Shown here one piece after another: positions 56,454 to 61,956 of a DNA stretch of 61,956 nucleotides. The notes below the pieces were generated by a model. The model was not told the origin of the DNA. It searched no databases and saw only the letters and a list, made by a program, of their open reading frames with translations. The position numbers were made by a program, and so were the translations under genes. Each line of letters opens with the position of its first letter. Position 1 is the stretch's first letter. Origin of the DNA: an uncultured Candidatus Saccharibacteria bacterium (GTDB taxonomy: Bacteria > Patescibacteriota > Minisyncoccia > Minisyncoccales > GWA2-38-27); contig CAYMZK010000001.1 in the NCBI GenBank assembly GCA_964394985.1, positions 1 to 61,956 of the forward strand, read 5' to 3'.

Positions 56454-57123
56454 TTATAATCAAATACATTATTGTTGGATAAGAAAAGTCTAAAGAGCTA
56501 AATAGTTTAACAAAAAAATAATACAGCCCTCCTCTCTTTTGTCTAACTCCTATTATTCTTTGGATAATAGTAAAAGAAAAAAAATGCAAAATAGAAGAAA
56601 AAAATCCTCCTATCCTATAAATCACAACCTCTTTACCGAAAATATCAAAGAGACCCTTTAAATCATATCTCCTATAACCATGATTAAAGTATAAACAATA
56701 GGACCACTTAGCCGGCACTAAATGAACTTGAAATCCATCTGATTTTAAAAACCTTTTGGCGTTATTTACAGCTTGTCGATCGTTTTCCATATGTTCTAAA
56801 GAACAAAGAGAAAGGATCAAATCAAACTTTTGATCTGTTTCAAATTCTTCAGCTTTAGCAATAACTAATCTAGAATCAGCAAAATGACTAAAAGAATCAA
56901 AGCTAGAATGCTTCTTAAGATCCACTCCAACATAATTCACCTTATACCCCAAATTGTAAAAGATTTCTCTAATATATCCGGAACCACAACCAATATCTAA
57001 AACATCTATGTCTTTTTTAACAATAATCTTTTTTAAGTTTTCTTTAAAAAAACGATCAGCGTATATTCTTGATGGACTCCCCTTCTCGTCTTTAATTTTT
57101 TTAGGCCTGAAGTATTTTATCAT
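56446..57123 (-). CDS. Class I SAM-dependent methyltransferase
   Basis: VLDIGCGSGY motif I and DLILSLCSLEH. Confidence 0.8.
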   Translation of the reverse strand: MIKYFRPKKIKDEKGSPSRIYADRFFKENLKKIIVKKDIDVLDIGCGSGYIREIFYNLGYKVNYVGVDLKKHSSFDSFSHFADSRLVIAKAEEFETDQKFDLILSLCSLEHMENDRQAVNNAKRFLKSDGFQVHLVPAKWSYCLYFNHGYRRYDLKGLFDIFGKEVVIYRIGGFFSSILHFFSFTIIQRIIGVRQKRGGLYYFFVKLFSSLDFSYPTIMYLIINE

Positions 57124-58105
57124 AAATCTTTTTTTCTCTTTCTAATAATTTCTCCAAACTAAAATTATTGATTATTGTTTCTCGGCCATTTATAGGATTA
57201 TTTAAAGCACTAACAATTACCTCTCTAATAGAATTAACATTAGTGTTGCATAAATAGCCATTCTGACCGTTATTAATAACCTCTTTTATTCCTTCAACAT
57301 TGCTCCCAACTACAGTTACTCCGCAAGACATTGCTTCGAGCAAAGCTTTGGGGCAACCTTCAAAATTAGAAGGCAAAACAAATAATTTACTTCTATTTAT
57401 TTCAGTTGGCAAATCTTTATTATCTAAGTTACTAACAAATTTTACATCGACTGAAGTCATTTCTTTTAATTTTTTTTCCAAAGAACCTTGACCAATGATT
57501 GTTAATTTAACATCTAAACCCCTAACTGCTTCAATTAAATTTTCTAGATTCTTTTGCTTTTCTAGTTTAGCAACCGTAATTATTCTATTTTCTTTTTCAA
57601 GATTCATTGGCCTAAAAAGCTCAGTATCTATATAGTTAGGAACATAATAAACTTTATCGGGTTTTATTTTATACCTATCAATAATATAATTAATATCTGC
57701 TTTTGAAGAAACCATAATAGCATCAGCGTTTTTGTAAGCTATTCTTTCAATTAAATTAATGACTATTCTCTTCCATAAAGCCACTCCTTTATTTTTGGCA
57801 AAAATTGACCATTGATAGCCCTGCCTGATTACTAGCTTCTTGCCATAAATCTTTTTGGCTATTACCGCCTTTAAAGATCCGTTCATTTGATTAGTTTTAA
57901 AAACATCTATTTTTTTAAACTCTTTGTTTAGACAAGTAGCCGGAAGAACTTTTATTCCCTTAATTTCTGGCTCATTTTTGCCATAAGTTAAAAAATAGAC
58001 ATCTGCGTTCATTTTTAAATAAGGTTTGATTTCTCTGTCTAAGTTGCCGACTTTCTGCCAAGTCCTTAAAGAAACGCCATTAGTAAAAAATAGTCCTAAT
58101 CTCAT
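57101..58105 (-). CDS. GT4 glycosyltransferase
   Basis: LFVLPSNFEGCPKALLEAMSCGVTVVGSNVEG. Confidence 0.88.
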   Translation of the reverse strand: MRLGLFFTNGVSLRTWQKVGNLDREIKPYLKMNADVYFLTYGKNEPEIKGIKVLPATCLNKEFKKIDVFKTNQMNGSLKAVIAKKIYGKKLVIRQGYQWSIFAKNKGVALWKRIVINLIERIAYKNADAIMVSSKADINYIIDRYKIKPDKVYYVPNYIDTELFRPMNLEKENRIITVAKLEKQKNLENLIEAVRGLDVKLTIIGQGSLEKKLKEMTSVDVKFVSNLDNKDLPTEINRSKLFVLPSNFEGCPKALLEAMSCGVTVVGSNVEGIKEVINNGQNGYLCNTNVNSIREVIVSALNNPINGRETIINNFSLEKLLEREKKIYDKILQA

Positions 58106-58923
58106 CTTAAAGAAAAGCTTTCTGGATCTTCTATTTTTTGATCCTCCATTAATTGATTATTAACCTCTTCGGCCGATTTATGGATTTTTAAATCAACTCC
58201 ATTTTTGTCAGCAAACTTAATCATCGCTTTAATATCCTTCGGGATGCACTTTCCGCCATATCCGCGATAACCTTTATGGGCTACCTTCAAATGGCTTCGG
58301 CCAATTCTTTTATCAGCTGATGCCGAATCCATAACCTTTTCATAGTCAACGCCCAACCTTTGACAAAGATCATACATTTGATTAGCAAAAGCGACCTTAA
58401 CTCCAAACCAATTATTACCAAAATATTTAACCATTTCCGCTTCAGTGGCCGGAATAATTCTTTCGTGGGGAGCTAAAGGAAGCAAATCCATAACGTCTTT
58501 ACTGATAGTATAGCTCTTTTTGGTATAGCCAATAATTTGGCGGTCTGGGTAGTCCATATCTTGCTCAGCCGTTAGTTCGGTGAGAAACTCTGGATTAAAC
58601 AAAAATTTATGTTGAGGAAATTGTTCTTGCAATTTTTCAGTTGTCCCTGGTAAAACGGTTGATTTAATAACAATAATTTTGTCCCCCTTAATATTATTAC
58701 AAGTTTCTTCAACATAACTTAAATCAAAATCTTGCTTTGCTTTATCAAAAGGAGTAGGAACGCAAACAAAAATAATATCAGCTTGATTGACCTCTTCCAT
58801 GCTGCCAAAATTCTTTCCTTTATCATAAAGAAAAGGAGTGATTCCCTGCTTTTCAAAATACTTTCTTAGAGCGCCGCCAACCATACCAACGCCCACTATT
58901 CCAATTTTAAGTTGTATATTCAT
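58102..58923 (-). CDS. UDP-glucose/GDP-mannose dehydrogenase family protein, truncated form lacking the C-terminal nucleotide-sugar-binding domain
   Basis: IGIVGVGMVGG, FVCVPTP, NPEFLTE and the catalytic GGKCIPKD. The protein is ~273 aa from the Met at 58923. Confidence 0.7.
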   Translation of the reverse strand: MNIQLKIGIVGVGMVGGALRKYFEKQGITPFLYDKGKNFGSMEEVNQADIIFVCVPTPFDKAKQDFDLSYVEETCNNIKGDKIIVIKSTVLPGTTEKLQEQFPQHKFLFNPEFLTELTAEQDMDYPDRQIIGYTKKSYTISKDVMDLLPLAPHERIIPATEAEMVKYFGNNWFGVKVAFANQMYDLCQRLGVDYEKVMDSASADKRIGRSHLKVAHKGYRGYGGKCIPKDIKAMIKFADKNGVDLKIHKSAEEVNNQLMEDQKIEDPESFSLR

Positions 58924-59821
58924 GATTAAACCATTCTTTAGTTCTATTAACCCCCTCTTCAAAAGAAACTACCGGTTGCCAATCTAATAGCTCTTTAGCT
59001 TTAGCAATACTGGCTTTGGTATGCAAAACATCTCCAGCCCTTGGGGACAAATATTCTACTTGATCACTAATAAGCTTGGCTAGATAGTTTACGGAATAAG
59101 AGTTTTCATTGCCAATATTAATAACCTCTCCTCCTTTTAGCTTTTCACTAGTCATTGCTTTAATTAAAGCAGATACCAAATCGTCAATATAGCAGAAACC
59201 TCTGGTTTGTTCACCATCACCAAAAATAGTCAAAGTTTTGCCTTGACTGTTTTGTTTTAAAAATTTAGCAATAACTAAACTATAATCACTTTCTGGGTCA
59301 TTTCTAGGGCCATAGACATTAAAGAAGCGTAAGGAAGCAACCGGAAGCTTGTACAAGTCAGTAAACATCTTAGCCCATTCTTCTCCTTCAAGTTTTTGCA
59401 AAGCATAAGGACTAACCGGCATTGGAGTCATGGCTTCTATTAAAGGAAGAGTTTCTTGATTCCCATAGACAGAAGAAGAGCTAGCAAAAATTACTCTTTT
59501 AATATTATTATCTAAAGCTGATTTAAAAACATTAATAGTTCCCATTACATTAACTTCAGATGTTTCTATTGGTTTTTCCACCGAAAAAGGAACTCTTGGC
59601 AAAGCCGCTAAATGAAAAACATAATCAATACCTTCAAAAAGTGGCTTGATTGAATTAAAGTCACGAATATCTACTTGATGAAAATCGGCTTGAGAGTTTA
59701 AGTTTTCTTTTTTACCGGTAGATAAATTATCTATAATAACAACTTGATGACCTTCATCAATTAATTTATCTACTAAATTTGAGCCAATAAAGCCGGCTCC
59801 GCCCGTGACTAATATCTTCAT
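58907..59821 (-). CDS. Extended-SDR NAD-dependent nucleotide-sugar epimerase/dehydratase
   Basis: ILVTGGAGFIGSNL, SSSSVYG and YALQK (YxxxK). Confidence 0.88.
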   Translation of the reverse strand: MKILVTGGAGFIGSNLVDKLIDEGHQVVIIDNLSTGKKENLNSQADFHQVDIRDFNSIKPLFEGIDYVFHLAALPRVPFSVEKPIETSEVNVMGTINVFKSALDNNIKRVIFASSSSVYGNQETLPLIEAMTPMPVSPYALQKLEGEEWAKMFTDLYKLPVASLRFFNVYGPRNDPESDYSLVIAKFLKQNSQGKTLTIFGDGEQTRGFCYIDDLVSALIKAMTSEKLKGGEVINIGNENSYSVNYLAKLISDQVEYLSPRAGDVLHTKASIAKAKELLDWQPVVSFEEGVNRTKEWFNHEYTT

Positions 59822-59825
59822 ATTT

Positions 59826-60074
59826 TTACCACTTTTTAATTATGTCTTGAGTTTTATTTTTTAAATCAAAGTACAGTTTTCTAGCCTTTTTCTCAACTTT
59901 AGGAGAAACTAACCTTAAAAGCTCTGACCCTAATATTTTATAACGACCGCCAACCTTATTAGCTCTTAAAATACCGCTTTTAAGTAAACGCTTAATAGTG
60001 CTATTGCTTACTTTTAAGTATTCTTGAGCTTCTTTGGTTGTATATATTTGATTGGGCTTAATTTCCTTACTCAT
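59826..60074 (-). CDS. Excisionase/MerR-superfamily helix-turn-helix DNA-binding protein
   Basis: YTTKEAQEYLKVSNSTIKRLLKSGILRANKVGGRYKI. The start is placed at MSKEIK (60074), because a promoter occupies the 5' part of the longer ORF. Confidence 0.7.
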   Translation of the reverse strand: MSKEIKPNQIYTTKEAQEYLKVSNSTIKRLLKSGILRANKVGGRYKILGSELLRLVSPKVEKKARKLYFDLKNKTQDIIKKW

Positions 60075-60081
60075 TAATTTC

Positions 60082-60110
60082 ATCTTAAACCAATCTAATA
60101 AAGGTGTCAA
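60082..60110 (-). promoter_or_regulatory. Promoter TTGACA-17 nt-TAAGAT driving the HTH gene and possibly the glycan operon
   Basis: -35 at 60110-60105, with a second tandem TTGACA at 60120-60115; -10 at 60087-60082. The ATG lies ~8 nt after the -10, so the mRNA is near-leaderless. Confidence 0.55.
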
Positions 60111-60130
60111 CAAGTGTCAAAAGAGTTTAA

Positions 60131-60160
60131 ATAAAAAAGCTCGTACTTATAGCACGAGCT
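60131..60160 (-). terminator. Intrinsic terminator closing the candidate ncRNA
   Basis: Minus strand reads AGCTCGT-gctataagt-ACGAGCT followed by TTTTTT. Confidence 0.75.
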
Positions 60161-60165
60161 TTTTG

Positions 60166-60526
60166 CGGCATCACATGTTCTTCAAACTTTTAAGTGGTTA
60201 AAACCACCCTTTCCCGAGGCTTAACCCTTACCCCGGTTTTCCTTCTCACTACGAGCAACTCCTCCGAAGCCTTGAATCCTTTGATGTTAAAATCTCTGTG
60301 GGTCAGTTTCGTATCTCCGCCGAAGCGTATGCGAAGACATGCTTGAAACGTTTGCTTCAGATCTCCATGACCCACTCCCACGTTTTGCCAGGGAGGAGAT
60401 TCTCCTTCAAACAAGACAACTAATGCTCCAGTGTGGCAAAAAAGCCACCTAGAATCTAACCCTTTTTCATCCATGATAATCTCCTTATTACAAAGGGTTG
60501 AAAATTAATGTGATGCCGAAAGAACT
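60166..60526 (-). ncRNA. Unassigned structured RNA candidate (~350-360 nt), GC-rich island
   Basis: An 11-bp terminal helix (60166-60176 with 60508-60518) is extended by TCA/TGA and ACCCTTT/AAAGGGT. Internal helices are GTGGGTCA/TGACCCAC, TGTCTTCGC/GCGGAGATA, CCGGGG/CCTCGG, CTCCC/GGGAG and GTGGC/GCCAC. C(UUCG)G loops and G-U pairs appear only in the minus sense. It has its own promoter and terminator. No RNase P, tmRNA or SRP signature was found. Confidence 0.6.
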
Positions 60527-60532
60527 AAATGC

Positions 60533-60560
60533 ATTTTACCAAAAAGTAAAAGTATGTCAA
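60533..60560 (-). promoter_or_regulatory. Promoter TTGACA-16 nt-TAAAAT of the candidate ncRNA
   Basis: -35 at 60560-60555 and -10 at 60538-60533, with the same architecture as the rnpB promoter. Confidence 0.65.
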
Positions 60561-60569
60561 TATATACTA

Positions 60570-61772
60570 ATGGAAACTAAATGGTATAAATACTATCTTT
60601 ATGGTTTTTTAGCGATTTTGGCTTTGCCGGTAATTTCTACTCCTACCCTTCTTCAGCCAACCGCTTGGGGCAAAGGACTACTGCTAAGAATAATAGTTCC
60701 CCTATTATTATTTTTATTTATCTACGACTTGTCTGCTAATAAACAATCTTTAAAACCGATTAAAAAAATCGGTCCTATTCTCTTAATTGCTCTTTTAGTT
60801 TTAACTATTTTAAGTACCATCTTTTCTTTAGACCCTAATTATAGTTTTTGGGATTCTCCCTTAAGAGGTGGCGGTTCTCTAAATTACTCTCTTTATATTG
60901 TCTTTTCTCTTTTACTCTTTTTAGTAGTTAAAAAAGAAGACTGGAAAAAACTATTTAAGTTTAATATTTTAATTGGAGTGCTAGTTAGCCTTATAACCCT
61001 ATTGCAATACTTCGGATTATTTGAAAGCGTGATTAAAACTTATCACGGCAGACCTCCGGGAACAATGGGCGGGCCAATTTTCTTGGGATTGTATATGCTC
61101 TTTTTATTTTTCATCTCTTTATCTTTGGCGTTGAAAGAAAAGAAATACTTTATTCCTACCGTTTTATTCTTCTATATTATTATTGTTGTTAGCAGTAGAG
61201 CTGCCTGGCTAGGATTATTAGTCGGCCTTGTCTATTTTATTTTAATGCATCCAGGCAAAGAAAAGCTTTGGAAGATTGTTAAAATAACTGCTTTAGCTTT
61301 AATCATTTTAGGATTTTTAGGAATATATTATCTTAATACTAGTCCAAATTTACTCCATAGAGTTTCTGGAAGACTGTCATATAAGTTGGCAACTGATGAT
61401 CCTCGCTTTTCGGCTTGGACAGTTTCTAAAGAAGCTCTTTTTGACTATCCTGTTTTTGGCTATGGGCCAGAAAACTTTTCTATTGCCTTTGACCGCTACT
61501 ATGATCCCAGCCTTCCCTTTATTAACAAAGATTGGGGTGGTTGGTATGATAAAGCTCATAACTTTATTTTTGAGCTTACTATTACTTATGGCATTCCCTT
61601 TTTCTTGGTTTATTTAGCTTTAATTATTTATATTTTTATCAAAGGTAATCACCTTATTAGATCAACCCTTTTTGCCTATATAACAGCTAATTTCTTTAGC
61701 TTTGATGTTGTTTCAACCTATATTTTATTCTTCTTTTTAATTGCTTATGTTTTAAGTTATGAATCCGACTAA
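60570..61772 (+). CDS. O-antigen ligase/polymerase-like (Wzy_C domain) polytopic membrane protein
   Basis: About 10 TMs with VSSRAAWLGLLVGL in the characteristic loop region. The start is placed at METKWY (60570), because the upstream part of the ORF overlaps the divergent promoter. Confidence 0.75.
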   Translation: METKWYKYYLYGFLAILALPVISTPTLLQPTAWGKGLLLRIIVPLLLFLFIYDLSANKQSLKPIKKIGPILLIALLVLTILSTIFSLDPNYSFWDSPLRGGGSLNYSLYIVFSLLLFLVVKKEDWKKLFKFNILIGVLVSLITLLQYFGLFESVIKTYHGRPPGTMGGPIFLGLYMLFLFFISLSLALKEKKYFIPTVLFFYIIIVVSSRAAWLGLLVGLVYFILMHPGKEKLWKIVKITALALIILGFLGIYYLNTSPNLLHRVSGRLSYKLATDDPRFSAWTVSKEALFDYPVFGYGPENFSIAFDRYYDPSLPFINKDWGGWYDKAHNFIFELTITYGIPFFLVYLALIIYIFIKGNHLIRSTLFAYITANFFSFDVVSTYILFFFLIAYVLSYESD

Positions 61773-61956
61773 ACCTTTAATTTTTACCATTCTTTTTATC
61801 GCTTTATTGTTTTTTATTTGGCATGCTTCACTAAAGCCCATGTTTATTAACGAAAAAATTAACTTGGCTGATCGTTATGCTAGAACCGAAAAGTGCGAGA
61901 AAGCTCTTGATTTAATGGAATCAGATGTTATACATAGTAAAAGCGTGATTGATAGT
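61759..61956 (+). CDS. Hypothetical membrane-anchored protein, N-terminal fragment (runs off the window)
   Basis: The ATG overlaps the upstream stop by 14 nt. The sequence MNPTKPLIFTILFIALLFFIW is a TM helix and the frame stays open to the window end. It is not in the ORF track. Confidence 0.45.
   Translation, partial: MNPTKPLIFTILFIALLFFIWHASLKPMFINEKINLADRYARTEKCEKALDLMESDVIHSKSVIDS

Noticed and set aside
60190-60474. 94-aa minus-strand ORF with an AAGGAG 6 nt upstream of the ATG
   Set aside because: It is not called as a CDS. It coincides with a GC-rich block that has long-range terminal pairing, UUCG loops and strand-specific G-U pairs, and its amino-acid composition is unlike the rest of the proteome. 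Protein coding is not fully excluded, and the tests are listed in the finding.
60166-60526. tmRNA, SRP RNA, 6S RNA, cobalamin riboswitch or retron msr-msd identity for the structured RNA candidate
   Set aside because: There is no tRNA-like T-arm, CCA or tag ORF, no SRP helix-8 GGAA/AGCAGC motif, and no convincing B12 box. It is too long for 6S RNA. No reverse transcriptase gene lies downstream, as a retron would require.

Overview
This is an AT-rich, tightly packed window, with many 1-20 nt gene overlaps and almost every gene on the minus strand. Gene content and the shortened housekeeping proteins suggest a Patescibacteria/CPR-type bacterium using the standard code, with UGA as stop (inference). 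Region 1-29.6 kb starts with the 3' part of a large serine recombinase that abuts tRNA-Gln. Housekeeping genes follow: ftsEX, prfB with its +1 frameshift, tRNA-Thr and tRNA-Gly, ftsB-like, lepA, murJ, RNase P RNA, rnhA, a DHH/RecJ-like gene and pgk. Next come a TraD/VirD4-like ATPase module, secDF, a uvrB-uvrA-uvrC operon, an orphan type IV pilin, secA, murB, a PP2C-like gene and a secreted HExxH/peptidoglycan-binding protein. Region 29.7-61.9 kb is a co-directional surface-glycan island of about 30 kb. It holds a Pgl-like amino-sugar module, many GT4/GT2 glycosyltransferases, Wzx and ABC exporters, a pyruvyl transferase with an SDR-FrhB fusion, methyltransferases, and a nonulosonic (sialic/KDN-like) acid module whose cytidylyltransferase gene is broken. 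The strongest leads are: (1) an unassigned GC-rich structured RNA candidate of about 350 nt at 60166-60526, with its own near-consensus promoter and intrinsic terminator, at the head of the island; (2) the nonulosonate module; (3) a conserved 36-45 nt palindrome-containing motif present three times upstream of transcription units, with an iteron-like tandem array next to a PaaX-like regulator; (4) the coupling-ATPase module. No CRISPR array, rRNA or transposase was seen.
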